From the human T2T-CHM13v2.0 reference genome, Homo sapiens: DNA of 64,000 nt. Position 1 is the stretch's first letter, and each line of letters starts with the position of its first letter. The stretch is from assembly GCF_009914755.1 (NCBI RefSeq), contig NC_060925.1; one strand, 5' to 3'. The notes beneath the pieces are model-generated. The model made no database searches. It was not told the origin of the DNA and worked only from the letters and a program-made list of their open reading frames with translations. Positions 16,392 through 31,167 of the stretch are shown here, piece by piece. The position numbers and the translations under genes were made by a program.

Positions 16392-18261
16392 TCATCATTA
16401 CTAACAAGTCACCCTTCATCAGAAGGTTACTTGCTTCAATGGAGCCCTCCAGTGCCGTCTGCCCAGCTCCCAGCTATAGCAGACAGCCCATCTAGATATC
16501 ATTTCTCATATGCCTGGTGTAGTCATGGCAACTGCCACTGATCTTTACTTCACCTCTTCTGTCCTTGCCTGGACCAGGGCATTTTCCCTGGAGCGCTGTC
16601 CTCACGGTGACCACTCTTGGGCCTCTCCATGAACTTTACACTGATTCTGTTCTTGTCTATCACCCTGGCCACACACTACACATTAAGGGACTTCTGCCAC
16701 TGGCAGAACCTAAATGGCCCATGCACAGTTGGTCCCCAAAACTCAAGCAAATTCTATCTGATAGTAACAATTCTCACTCTCAAATCAAAGAGAACCAACC
16801 CACTAAGTCATTCCTTTAGACAATGGAGTGTCTAATTACCTGCTCACTCAAGATTAAAGGAATGTTAAGTCAACCATCAATGGATGAAAAATGAGTCACT
16901 CTATTGAGTTAATCATTCTCAATTCCCTGTTAATCTCATGTTATTTTAATTACATCTCAATGGTACAGGCACCATACAGGTATTTTACAGATATTCTCTC
17001 ATTTATTTTCATACTCTCTTTAATGATAGACATTTGTATTTTCCCTATTTTACTGGTGACATAATTGAGGTTCCAAAAGGTTAAACCCTTTGCTCTATCT
17101 AGATATGACAGCTTGACAGCTAACAAATGGCAGAGCTGCTGGCAAGTCCTTCAGATAGAGGCAGCCCTGGTGAGGGTATAGGGCTGCTGCCCAACAGTCA
17201 GGGAAAAGTGCTAATTTTTGCCTGCAGGGACAGGAGGATGGTGTTTTCCTTGGCTGTCAACAGAACCTATTTCCTATTTTGTTCCTTGACCACATCACAC
17301 CCCTCAATCTTGTCACAGAAACTCTTCTGCTTTCTTCAGTCAACCAACAAGTATTTAATATGTGCCTAGCATATAAAACCAGCCCCCTGCTCTACTCAGG
17401 GAGATAAGATAGATGCCCACAAAGTCATCTTCTTACCCTGGCAAATTAATGGACATAGACTAGCTTCACACATACACTTAGATCCTCTTAACCAAATGCT
17501 AAGTACAGTATTTGCTTATAGAAGAGAACTCAGTGTGACCTTTATGTAGGAAAAGAACTAGGGCTGGCAACTGCATAGAAACAACACCCACTATTCTCTA
17601 GCACCTCACAGTTCTCAGGAGCCTCACATCCTTGTGAGAGGCGAGACTCTGCCAAATGGAATGGCCGAATTGGCTGTATTCAGATTCTCTGAACATCCCC
17701 TTCCAAGGAGGGCAATATACTCCCATCAACCACTCCTACCACTCGTTCATTCTGTCTCCCAACTCTCCCTTTCTTCTGGTTCAGAAACATCCCTTCGATA
17801 CTTTAATCCCGGAGCGTGTACCGCTCTGTATCGCACAACTTCTCCATGGCCATTTCAGGAGGCAGCATGGCATAGAATTTGAATGCACAGATTCTAGAAC
17901 TAGAATGCCCCTGTTGGAACTCTGGTTCCTTTCTTTACTATACATATAACCATGAGCAGTTTACTTAAGACCTCTGTGCCACACAGTTTTCCTTTGAGAA
18001 ACGGGCCGTGTGAGAATTAAGTGACATGAAATGGGTACTTTGTTTAGAATAGTTCCTAACTCATAATCAATAAATGATAGTTACTATTACATATATTTTT
18101 CATATTGAGCCACTTCTGCTTCCTTGTCTCATACTCTGTTGTGGAGGTGCATCCTTGGTAGAAGTTAATCACAAGAGGCAGCACTCACCATCACCATGGG
18201 TGAGCTGTCAAAAAAGAATAGTAATTGCTAATGATTATAACTAAAGAATAGATCAATTTTA

Positions 18262-18702
<441 letters not shown>

Positions 18703-21700
18703 TCAATGTTCTTTGTAAACCTGAGAAGCATCTTAAAAAGCTCATCCTGTGCCCTGAGGCACACTTACATTTTCCATAATTTGAGACGAGAAGTTATTCC
18801 GTGTTTAAGAACTTTATGCCAACAGCCATCTTGGGAATCCTTCATAGCTAGCCTAAATCCTTTCCACCCATTCAGTCAATATCCTCTTGTTCTGACATTA
18901 CTGGCAATGAAGACATCTGGCTGGACTTTTTAATAATTCGCCATTGTAGCTTTAGAGGCTTCTGATGTTTGCAATCACCAGCTTTTTCACCTCCATCTGG
19001 AATAAATCCAGTTTCTTTTACTTTTTTCCACAGGCTTTATCCTTATTAGCACTGCATCCCTCATTTTCTCTCCTGGGGGTCTTTGCATCCGTACTCAGTG
19101 AATGAGACCAAAGCACCAGGTAGGACATCTAAGCTGGGATTAGGAAGTTGAGAAGTGAAGCTCATTTTTAGAGTCTTCCAGCTACCTCACTTTCCGCTTC
19201 CTTGTATAGGTTGGCATTGAATATCAGGTCTCCAGTTGCCCAGAGCCCACCCTCCTCCCAGTAGCTGTGGCTCTCCCATCCAGTCACTCCCTTTGCCCTG
19301 TGCCCGTCATGCTCTAGACATTTTCTTTCTTCCATCCTCTCTCCCCTACTCTCCTTGTCAAGGCTGAGCTCTTCTGATGCTCAAGAAGAGCATCCATCGG
19401 ATAAGCTAATTTACTGTAAGGTGTTACTAACTAATAATGTATCAATGTGTTAACCTCCAGGGGTATACAGGTTAGAAGTGCAAGCGCCTTTACCTGCAAG
19501 GAAGGAATCATAACAATCTCTTGCATGATAGCACATGCATTGTCCTAAAGAAGATGCCCCAACCTTCCCAAGAAGAATTGATAACTCTGTCCTTTGTGTC
19601 ACCTACTACCCATGGCTTCCTGCCTCCTAGTGCTTCTCTCTCATAAAACTTTATTACACAATACAGCAGCATGGCCAAGAGCACAAACATTGCAGCCAAA
19701 CTATCCGGGTTGGCATCCTCTTTCTTACTTTTCCTAACTGTGTAACCTTAGGCAACTGAATTAACTTCTCTGGGCTTCAGTTTCTTCAACTGTGAAGTGA
19801 GCATCATCATATTATCCAACTCCAGGTTGTGAGAGGGTTGAATGACTTCACATAAAGTGCATATCCTTTACCCTGGGACATAAAGGACTCTACAGGCAAT
19901 CTAGGTTGTCATGTCTCTCTCCTCTGCTGCCCTGTGTTTTCTTCATCTTCATATCCCTAGAGCTCGGCAAAGTGCCTAACATGTAAAAGGTCTCAATACG
20001 TGTTTTTTGACAGCAAATGAATGAATTATAGAGAACTTAAGCTTACAGGATGGGTAGGATTTAAAACCAGAGAAACTTGGTGGAAGAACCTATTCAATGA
20101 ATTGCTGGAAATTGACCAAAAGTAAAATAAAGGACCAAAGGAGCCCCAGAGATGAGAAGTGGAGTCTGCAAGATACCTCAGCTGGAAATGGGAGAGGTCA
20201 TTTCCCCTCCCTAAGGGGGTCCATATGGAGAGCCAGCCTGAGGTCTCGATGATTGCTTGTAAAAAATTAAGGTTTATTAAGAAGATAATAAACGGTCTCT
20301 TGAGAACTAAATGGAAAATAATACGTTGGAGGATAATGAAATGCTTGATGGAACCGGTGGCTTGAGGCATACATAGCACATTATGTGAGCCCTTGGGAAA
20401 CTGGCAGTAATGCCTCCACTTGGGAAAATCTATTTGCTCAGAGAAACCACGTTCTTAGGGAGGAGATTCTGGAGGCCAGAAAGGACCCAGCCAGCCCCAG
20501 GACCAAGTACCATGTGCTGGTGTTGAGAAAGTGCTGGTCTCTAGGGAGAAGAAGGCAGTTCACACACGCAGGTTGGTTTGTCCTTCCTCTATGGGCAGGG
20601 AGGCTCTCAAACTGGCAGCTGAGAGAGGAGAGATTGAGAGGCAGGGAGGGAGGTGGTTTAGGACTCAATAAATGTTGAACCGTTCATTCAACATGATTCT
20701 TTATGCATCTATAAATTCAGATCAATCCAATAAAATTCTACCAATGTCCTAGTTTAGTGCAAGGCACCAGAAAAATGATCAGAGGTGTGTTCACACGCCA
20801 TCTTGGAAGCCCCACCAGGACCACCCCAGCCCTTCCTGCTGCCTGGCTTTCCCGAGCCACTTCGGGCAGATGTATCCCAGGTACATGTAGTTCTCGTGTT
20901 GATATGGGCTGTGCATCAGGCTCCTTCCCTCAACAGATGGCAGGCTCCCTGGGGCAGCGTCTGAGTCTCAGGCTTCTCTTATATCCACCACTTGCCGGCT
21001 TTACCTGCCAGGTGTCTACACTGAGCTGGGTCCTAATAAGGCCTTGTTGATTGAGTGGTATGTGGCACAATCCCTGCTCAGGAAGCAGTCAGAGGTTACT
21101 GTCAGCCAGCATCCTAATAGAGCCCAATTAAGTGTTAAAGTGGAAGTGTTAAGGGAGTGAGGTGTGTAGGGGAGGAGCTGAGTTAAAACCAGGAAAAGAG
21201 ATTTAATGGGAAGGCTTATTGAGGAGGTAGAACCCGAGGGATTCAATTCACGGTGTTGGACTGCATATATAAGGGAATAAAGCAGGATGCAAAACTGTGC
21301 ATACAACAGTGTCCCAGTCCTACACAATCACAGACAAAGAGAGAGAGAGAATATTTCTAGAAGAAAATACACCAAAATACAGTATTAATAACAGTTACCT
21401 GTGGATTCTGAGATCGTGGGGCAATCTGAGATTTCTTCTATGTGTACTTTTATTTCCCAAATGCTCTGCAACAAACATACAGCCCTCTTTTAACAATAAA
21501 GCCAACTAGGAGGTGAAAAAGTAGAGACAGTGAGGGCAGCCTATTTTGTCAGGAGCTCACCTAACACTGGAAGATGAGAAAGCTGAGACCAGAGGGGCAC
21601 AGAGGATCCTGAGCAGATTTCTTTAGCCCCTTTGGGATTGAAGAAGGAGAAATGGAGGTGGGTTTGTAGGTTATAGGGAAGGTGCTGCCAGCAAGGAAGA

Positions 21701-23567
21701 GTCTGAAAGTGCAGCAGACACCAGATGGAGCAAGACCTTAGCCTGGGAGGGGACCCGAGAGGAGGGGAAGGGCCAGGGCACAGTTGGAAAGCCAGCTTTG
21801 CTCACGGCAAGTGTCACCTGTTCCCCAAATGCAGATGGAGATACATTGGTGGACACGTGCAGGGCGTGAGCTCTAGCCAACAGATATACGTTTTATGCTC
21901 CTCTCCCAGTGAACTTTGTGACGGCCCTAATGGGAAGCGTCTGTCTGTCGCCATGTTCTGCCCATGCCTGGTGTTTATGGCATCCCTGACTCACCAGGGC
22001 AGAAAATGAGGAAGCAGTCCAAAGGTCACTGGGTAGGAGAGGAGAGGGAAACACCTCAGGAAGGAGGCGGGTTCCAAGCTTGACGGTTGGTGCCCCAGGC
22101 AGAAAGGGGACAGGGTGATCTGGGAACAGAGACAAGCCCCACAGAGCAGGCAGAGAGAAGACGATGGAGGGCAAAACCTGAGTGCTGCCAACCCGGGGTG
22201 GCTTGAGGGGCAACTGAACTTCCCCCCAAGTCCACTATGTCCTCCACCAGCTCTTGCAATACTGAAACTTCCACCATTGACAGAAGGCACAGAAGCTCCT
22301 GCTAAAATGCAGGTGATGTCTGAGAGGCAGGGAAGACACACTAAGTGACTTTCTCTAAGTCACTTTAACCTGTGGAGTAATCCATCTCCCTAACTAGCTA
22401 GTGCCCCTTATCTATCAAACCCAGGAAAGGAATGTGAGACAGGAACATTTTGAGAGAAGCAAGTGAGATTAGGAACACAGAGGTTGGAGACAAGCAGGGG
22501 CAGCCTGGAGGAGGAAGAAAAGCAGGAAAGGCAGGATAGGAAATGGTGAAGCCAGTCAGCCTGCTGCTAGGGGAGGTTCAGAAGGGTCGGCACCCATTCA
22601 CTAACACCTATCCAGCAAACGGCTGCTGGGTGCCTGTGTCCTGGGCACTATGCCAGACTCTGGGGATACAACGTGGGGCAGGGACAGATGCAGTTGCTGC
22701 TCTCACGGCGTTCACTGTTCCAGGGAAGTCAGATGGTAATAAATAAATAATCATAGAAATAAATGTAAAACCACCATAGTAACGAGTGTCATGCATATGA
22801 TGGGAGGATATAACAGAGAGGGTGCCCTGAGGAAGGGCCTTTTGAGCTGAGATTGAAATATAAGCAGGAGTGAACCTTGAGAAAATAGGAGAAGAGATGT
22901 GAGGGAAGGGCATCATGCAGAGGTCAGGGGGTGGCAGAAGGCGAGGCATGTTCCAGAAACTAACACAAACCAGTGTGTAGCTATGGCACCAGGGAGGTTT
23001 CTTGGGGGTGTATGATTCCCCATATGATATCCTTTAGCCTCCCACTGTCAATCCAAATAAACTTGTCCAAATACAGGACAAGTAAAAACAGCATCCTTGT
23101 CTCATCCAAGTAGTTGAGGACAAATCCTGCTATCCACCCTTTCAGCCAGATTGCCTGCCCCCACCAAGATCCTCTTACAAGCAACTCAAATCACACCATA
23201 CATGGCCAGTGCAGCCAGAAATGTGGGCTGGGCCTGGCGCTTATCGGCCATGACAACGATTTGAGTCTTTATCCTAATAGTCATGGGAAGTTATGGAAGG
23301 GCTTTAAGCAGAGGTGGTGACATGGTCATGATTTTATTTTACAAGATCATTCTGGCTCCAGGGTGGACAGCAGTTAGGAGAAGGGCAAACAGGCTCAGGA
23401 GACAAGTGAGGCAGCTGTGGCAGTAGCTTAGGAGAGGCAGTGTGGAGCATGAGGTGGCAGAGGAAATGGAGAAAAACGGGCAGATTGAAGAAATGCTGGA
23501 GAGCTAAAATCATCACACAAAGTGATGATCTGAATTTGTAGGTGGGGGATAAAGAGATCAAGGGTGA

Positions 23568-24048
23568 TGTGGCGGTTTTAAAATGTGGTCCCCAAATTCT
23601 TTTAAACTGCTCTCAACAAAAGGTGTTCTTATTCTCTCCTTTGAGTTGGGTTCTGTGACTGCTTCTCAATAGACTATGGCAGAAGTGATGCTGGGTCAGT
23701 TTCTGGGCTTTGCCCTAAGAAACTAGCAGCTTTAACTTCTTGTCTCTTTAGATGTTTACTCTTGAATCCAGCCATCATGTTATGAGGAGGCACAAGCTTG
23801 TCTGTGGAGAGGCCCCTGGAGAGAGGAATTAGACTATATACCAGCTTGTTAGCCAGTGAGTGCACCACCTTGGAAGTGGGTCTTCCAATGCCGGTTAAGC
23901 CAACCCAGCATAAAGCATAAAGCAAAGACAAGCTGTCCCTGCCAAACACCATCCAAATTGCTAATTTAAGAGGAAAATAAATGATTATTATTGTTTTAAG
24001 TCACTAAATGTTGGAGTGGTTTATTACACAGCAATAGAAAATGTAACA
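23568..24048 (+). mobile_element. MLT1-type MaLR solo LTR inserted in an L2 (~22600-24520)
   Basis: TG...CA termini (tgtggcggttttaaa...gcaatagaaaatgtaaca); L2 text resumes either side (gatga TSD-like). Confidence 0.75.
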
Positions 24049-24699
24049 GATGACTGCTAGGTTTCTGGCTTTCATTCCTGAATGGACAGTTTGTCATTTA
24101 TTGAGAGAGAGCTCACTGGGAAAGACCCAGGTTTGGGGAAAAAGATCATGAGTTTTGTTTTCAGTTTGAGAGTTTTCAGTGTTCCACAAATCTAAGTTGA
24201 GAAGTCATGTGGGCTGTTGGACTTGTGAGACAATAGCTCAGGAGAGATGTTGGGTTTGAAGACAGAAATTTATAAGTCAGCTGGGAATGGGTGGCAACTA
24301 AAGCTTTGGAGGTGGAGGTGGATGTAGAGTGACAATAGGAGAGCCTGGGACTGAGGGTGAGGGACTCTGACATTTCATGGCAGGACAGAGGAGAATGAGG
24401 CTGCTAAGGAGACATGGAAACATCAAGGCCAGAGATGTAGGAGGAGAACAAGGAGAGGAAGTCTCATGGGAACCAACAGGACAGAGTGTTTCAGAAATGC
24501 GGGAGAGATTAGCCAGGTCAAACACTGCCAGGATTACAAGTACATGCTGGGCCAGGCACACTTTCCCCAGGCTTCCTGGTGACCAGCATCACAATAGGCA
24601 GCATGGTTGTATTACCAAAAAGCCCTGAGAGGGGACTCTGGTGGGCAAAGGCAAGATGAGGATCACACCTGTGCCCATGAACCAATTCTTCCCTATGGC

Positions 24700-25170
24700 C
24701 TTGCTTCTCAGACTCTGGTCCCTGGACCAGGAGTATCATCCCCTGGGAGCTCATTAGAAATGCAGAATCTCAGGCCCTACCCTGGACATACCGAATCATC
24801 TGCATTTTAACAAGATCCCCAGATGACTTGTATGCACACTAATGTGGGAGAATGCATACCATTGAGCCCCCTAAATTGAGGGAATTGGACAGTAACCGGA
24901 GAAGCAGCTGGATGATGCAAAACTGAGCTAAAAGTCACATGCAGTGTATTAGAGGCAACTGTTCATTAAACCAACTTTTCCTTAAGTTCCAATTCGTCTC
25001 TACACCTAGACTGCACATCAGAATCACCTGAGTAACTTTTCAAAAACCAGAGAGAAACCCAGATCCTTCCCCTCTGGATTCTGACTCAGAAGGTATGGGG
25101 GAGACTGGGCATCTGTATTTTCACTTCCCAGGTGACTCTGATGGGCAACCAGGGTTGAGAGCCACTGGCC
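24700..25170. mobile_element. Two MER5-like hAT elements (~24700-24850, ~24990-25170)
   Basis: agaaatgcagaatctcaggccc...ctgcattttaacaagatccccag; cagaatcacctg...gggttgagagccactg. Confidence 0.7.
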
Positions 25171-26798
25171 TAAACTATTAGTCTTCCTCTTTTGAACACC
25201 TAACCTTCTTAGACCGACCATTCATAACATCTTTTCTCCATTGAGGCTGGGACTGAGACTAGAGTAGGACATTTTAATCCTGATTGCGTCTCTGACAGGG
25301 AGGCAATGTGATTCATTCCAGGTGCATGAGCTCTTCCTACAAGCACTGGCTTCTGACTTGTGCTCAGGTGCCAGCAGGTGGGGCCCAGGCCCCAGCGGGG
25401 AGCCAGGCTAATTTAGGATTGGAATGGCAACAGGACCCAGGGCCACAGAGCAGATGGTGGGCGGGCCGCTTATCTTGCAGTTGCATTTGCGGGCTGACAC
25501 CACCCCGGCTCTGGCCCAAATACTACCCTCTTGAGGTCCAGGGTCTCATCAGAAGTGCACATCTGAGGCTAAGCCCCTAAACCACATATCTTAGGCTAGG
25601 CCACTGCACAGAGCTTAGACATGTGACACTGGGCTCAGATAGGCCATCGTGATAGGGCAGACCCCAGGGACCAACCCACACCTGTGTGATCCACACGAAC
25701 ATGGCACTTCAGAGCAGACAAGTGTAGGGCACCACATTTAGGAAAAATCTTCCTGCTGGGATTGTGCCTCTAACAAAGATGCCAGGGAAGGGTTCTAAAA
25801 TGGCACAATCAGCCTCAAAATGTCAGCAACTTGCAAACTTGGTTCCCTTCAAAAACTCTTCATGGATCAAGCACCTGTGGGTTTTCTGAAACTTTTTTAT
25901 ATGGGGGGAGAAAAAACATTTTTTTCTAGAGAGAAGAAAGCTTTTACACCTTTCCCAGGTTAAAGTTCTCCTGAGTTTTTCTCATTTAACTTAGAAAAAC
26001 AAGGAAGCTTCCTCTCATTCTAGGAAGGTGGGGTGTGTAAGTAAGTGTGTGTGTGTGTGTGAGAGATTGGGTCTTCAAAGGTTTCACTGGCTCTGAGCAG
26101 AGCTGTTCAGTGACTTTTGTCTCCTGGAGCTTGCCTCTTTATGCATCCCTTTTCATGCAGCGGCACATTGCAGCACATCAAATCTTTCATGAAGTCTGGT
26201 GGCTGAAAAAAAATCCTGGAATGGAAGTGCCTTGATTTTGTGCACACATTGGAGCATTTTCTCTAACAGCCTTGTGGAGGGGGCAGCGCATGGCGGCTTT
26301 TTTGGTGATAACTTAGGGTTCATCCACAGTGACCTCTGACTCCCTTTCTTGGCACGTGTCTGCCATCTCAGAGCTCTCGGATAATTGGTCACCAAAGTCT
26401 ACTAATTTTCTGTAACTTACATTCCCCCACAGTAATAATAATAACTGCACTCATAACTGGCATTTATTGAGTTGTTATTATGTGTCAAGTCCTCTTCTAA
26501 GATTTTTACATGTGCAAACTCATTTAGTACCTATAATAGCCCTGTTGGGGCACAGTGTGAATTTTACACCCCTCCATTTCAGACTAGAAGACTGTGCAAG
26601 AAGACTTTAGCAAAGTGAAGCCATTTGCCCACACCATAGTCAGTTAAGAGGCACTGGGGTCAGCCCCCTTTGGTCCCCTGGGATGGCAGTGGAGTGTTAG
26701 GAGGGACGGGTGGAACATTTCCCAGGCATGGAGGTCTGTTTTGTCACTGACTCTGTTTAGAATTGTCAGCACATGATAATCATAAAAAGCAGACCAAC

Positions 26799-27126
<328 letters not shown>

Positions 27127-29414
27127 TTATGATTGCTTTTAAACTCCCTACTTTAAAAGCACGGCCTTGCGTTTGTGCCGCCTGCATGGAACCTTATGAA
27201 TAGCTTCTGCTTCCTCCAACACCACTTGAGTCTTGAGGCCCATTCATCAGTGCAGTGCTTCCCTGCCCAGGTCTTAGCAGAATCAATTCCTCGGAAAGGT
27301 CAGATGGGAAGAGAAAGAAGAGAAAAGCCCAGTAAGTCCTCTGGAACCCAAGTCAAGCTCCACCTCCTCCAGGAAGCCTTTCCTAATGTCCCTGCTCCTA
27401 ACTGGGTCTCCCTTACCTGCGCAAAGGAAGAGGTGGTATCCTCTCATGAGGCATGGTGGGGAGGGCCGCCTGGTTGCTTTTGGTCAACCTTTGAAGGTCT
27501 TCCTTGCTCACCTGCAGTGGCAATGGCTATTTCACTATTTGGTAAACTCTGTCTATATGCCTCAAGTCAACCACCAAGCCTGGCTTCTCCTGCCCCACTG
27601 CTCTGGCCCCTTCTTCCTCTTAATGTAAGATATGGAGGAAGAAAAGTTGGTGGGCACATGATTCTGTGCTGGGCAGGCTGTGGTGGGAGGGATGGGGCAG
27701 AGGTAGAAGACACTTCATCAGTGTGTCTGAAAACATGCCCAAGACTCGTTCTGCTGGGTGAGTTCCCCAGGGGTCACTTGCCTTCTCATAGGAAGAAGCA
27801 AAATGTCCTGCTCTAGGCAATTCAGAGTTACGGCCACTTTTCCCTCCAAGCTGGGTGAGCATCTTGTTTTAAGATCGTTTTTCTAAGCCAAAATTTCTTA
27901 TTTTTATTCATGCATGGGTCGCAGCCAGTCTACAAGTGTGGGGATATGTGTTGGGGGTTGGGGTGGTGCAGGCATGGAGGAGCTTCTGGCTTACCAGGAG
28001 AAGATGGGAGAATCACTGGCCCAGCCAGGGAAGGATGGGTATTTCCTTCAGCCTCCCTCTCTCAGGCCCTGGAGCATCCTCCCTGCCTGAATCTGATGGC
28101 TGAGATAGGCCCACTTATGACTAATCATTCCAGACTCCTCACTTCTATGGCACCTGCACAAACTATGTGCTCAGTAAAGAGTTGTTTGGATAAAGGAATG
28201 AGCCAACCAGTCCATCTTGGTGGATGATGAGGGGCTTTCTGCCTTCAGTCAGATGAACTTGAGCCAGCCTGAGAGAATGATCTTACCCAGATCTTCCTCC
28301 AAACCGTGTGATCCAGCCCTTCCCCAGCAGCAGGCTGCCCTTCCCTCGAGAGCCCCAAGGCCAGGTGTTGAGAGAAAAGCATGTCTAGGGCCTGGGAGAA
28401 CCAGAATGAGCTGTAGGCCCCGTGGCCCGGGGCTTTCCTGTGTATGCTAAAAAGTGAGCTCTAAACCAGTCTCCTGGTTTCCACTTCCCCAGGCTTGGTG
28501 CTCCTGAGTTTCCTGGTATAGCTCTTCTCCTCCCCGTTGCAGCTGGATCCTGGAAGCCCTCAACAGTGTCTGAATTGCAAGGTGATGGCCAAATACACTA
28601 AACCAAAGATATTCCTAAACTTTGCCAAACCCTGCGTCTCTCAACTTCCTTCTCTCCATTCTATTTCCTTCCAATGCCCAGCAAAATGGTTGGTACCTTA
28701 ATGCCAAGACTTTCATTCTAACCCTTAGACACTCCATAGGTCCCCACAGAACACTGTGCTATTAAGCACTTGATGTGGATTCAACCATATACTCATGAAT
28801 GTCTGATTTTGTTCTGGGAGGTTTCCCTCCCAGAGGGAAATGCTCAGAGTCCCAGAATTTTCAATGACCAGGGTCCCAGAAGTGGCAAGGAGCTTTGGCC
28901 TTTGGAAAAGACCCATCTAGTTTGTTGTTTGTTTTTAGGGTTTGAATCTTCTCTTGCTCTGTGAATGATACGGGATAAGTTGCATTGTCTCTTCTGCCTC
29001 AGTTTCCTGTCTCTTTCTCTGGTTTTAACACAAACGTTAATATACTAGATAATGAACATATCTAGATCCACACATCCTGGATTTTCTAGGACAACTCCGA
29101 TTTCAAATACTTTGTCCACATTGTCAAATCCTGTGTCTGATCCTATAATCTAATTTGGGATAAGAAAATATGGTCTTGAGAGTACTTTGAATTCTTCATT
29201 TCAGCAGTGGGCTAGAATGTTATTTACTAATATGTAAATAAAAACCATTCTGATTCTGGGCACTGGTCTGGAATGTGTAATTCTGGCCCAGCAGGAACGC
29301 AGCTGTGTTGCTGGAGGCCCTTCCTGGGAAGGCTCTGACAGAGCCTCTCCTTCAGCCCTAGGTCCCCATGTCTCACCCACCCCTGGGCACTGGACAGAAA
29401 AGGGGCCTACTCAC

Positions 29415-29457
29415 CTGCACAGAGTGTCCACAACACAGGCCACATCTTCCCCACCAT
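29415..29457 (-). CDS. GPA33: GPA33 coding exon 1 (signal peptide, MVGKMWPVLWTLCA + 1 nt)
   Basis: accATGG Kozak at 29457; 43 nt; donor GTGAGT (actcac 29409-29414); matches the recognised A33 N-terminus; phase 1 joins exon 2. Confidence 0.97.
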
Positions 29458-29880
29458 GGTCTTGCTTCTTCTCTGCCCTAAACCTAACCTGTCACTGGCA
29501 GCCTCCATACAGGTCTGAGCTGTCTGGTTAAAGCTACAGCAGCTTCTGGCCTGGCCCAACTGGAGGTCCCTGCAATTTTCCCTCTTCTCACCCACCTCTG
29601 CCCAGCCTCAGCTGGATTGGCAGGTGAGCTCCTCAGCTGGATTGGCAGGTGAGCTGGGGCTGGGCTCATGTGTCACCTACTCCAAAGGTCCCGAGAGGAG
29701 TCTTCCCTACTTCCCTCAAGTTCCCCTTAAACCAGCCACCTCCCCTGCCTTCTCCCTACTTAGCAGGTGTACAAAGTCCTAGACTGCTCACAAAGGGGTA
29801 GGCCTCTCTTATAACTGACAGGAAATAAATAATAAAAAGGGAAATGCACTCAGAGGTAGGGTTCCAAGCTAGTAAAAGAA
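29458..29880 (-). promoter_or_regulatory. GPA33: GPA33 5'UTR and proximal promoter
   Basis: Directly upstream of the ATG; CACCC 29589-29593; duplicated CCAAT/E-box unit 29606-29655; HNF4-like CAAAGGTC 29683-29690 and CAAAGTCC 29772-29779; CDX-like TAATAAAA 29830-29837; TSS cannot be fixed from sequence. Confidence 0.7.
29606..29655. repeat. Perfect 25-bp tandem duplication
   Basis: cctcagctggattggcaggtgagct x2. Confidence 0.97.
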
Positions 29881-30079
29881 GGGTGTTGCCCATATTTGCT
29901 GAAACACTTCAAGACACAATGTGATCTGTTTCTCTACTTCTCTCCTCTTCTACAGCCTCCACCCCACAGTGCGCAAGAGATATAGTCATGAAGAAAACAG
30001 GAAGTCTCCCCCCTCAGAGTTTATATTCTGACTGGGAAAGTAGCAAGTTCATAAGTGAAAGAAGATCATCTTGGGGACA

Positions 30080-30176
30080 TGTGACCAACTTGTCTCACTT
30101 TTCCTAGGACTGTCCTGGTTTTCAAACCAAAAGGAACCCCCTCAGTCCCAAGCAAATTTGGATGATGGTCACCCTA
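30080..30176. mobile_element. MER81/MER94-like hAT-Blackjack relic
   Basis: gtgacca...tggtcacccta inverted termini. Confidence 0.6.
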
Positions 30177-30788
30177 CTGAAAGAATGATCAGTGGTGTGG
30201 GACCATAATTCTCCAGGAGCAGTGGCTGTTGCTGGTTTCTTCCATAGATATTTTAGATATATATACACTGTTCTGCAATGATTTATTCATTTTTCATTTA
30301 ATGAAAGGTTTTAGAAAGCTTTCTGTATCGGTATGTATAGCACCACCACCATCATCTTTTTAAAATGGGGATGATATTTCACTGTATATGAGTGACATGA
30401 TTTATTTAACCAAACTACTTTTAAGATTGTTTTTCCTCATCTTTCACAACTATGAAAAGATTGCAACCAATATCTATTATGTGTACGATATTTCACACGT
30501 GTTGTGATTATACATGTAAGATAAATTCTTAAAAGTAAAATTTCTGACTCACTGAAAGTTATGCATATTTGTAATTTTTATAGATATTGCTAAACTAGCT
30601 ACCATGAGAATTTTACAGCCTACACTCCTATTAGCAGCATATAAGGATACCTATCTCCCCACACACTCACTAACACAGTTACCAAGTGTTTATGACACAG
30701 TTATCAAACTTTCTGCTCATCGCCAATCTAAGTGAACATGATATCCCATGTATATATAATTTACTTTTTAAAATTATTAGTGAAATTT

Positions 30789-31078
30789 GGCCAGGCGCGG
30801 TGGCTCACGCCTGTAATCACAGCACTTTGAGAGGCCAAGGTGGGCTGATCACGAGGTCAAGAGATCGAGGCCATCCTGGCTAACACGGTGAAACCCCGCC
30901 TCTACTAAAAATACAAAACATTAGCCAGGTGTGGTGGTGTGCGCCTGTAATCCCAGCTACTTGGGAGGCTGAGGCAGGAGAATGGTGAACTCGGGAGGCA
31001 GAGCTTGCAGTGAGCCAAGATGGTGCCACTGCACTCCAGCCTGGGCGACAGAGCAAGACTCTGTCTCAAAAAAAAAAA
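30789..31078 (+). mobile_element. AluY/Sc-type inserted in an old antisense L1 (~30270-31560)
   Basis: TSD aaaattattagtgaaatt on both sides. Confidence 0.9.
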
Positions 31079-31167
31079 TTATTAGTGAAATTGAAAATCT
31101 TTTAATATAGTTGCACATCATATATATTTTCTTTTCTGAGACTAGGTAGCTCATTTGCCCGTATTTC

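Noticed and set aside
25369-25386. CTCF-like CCAGCAGGTGGGGC (also weak matches near 20930, 21720, 53620)
   Set aside because: Mismatch at a highly conserved core position; not supportable without ChIP
27175-27816. 213-aa plus-strand ORF, longest in the track
   Set aside because: GTG start, no domain or splice support, composition typical of intronic chance ORFs
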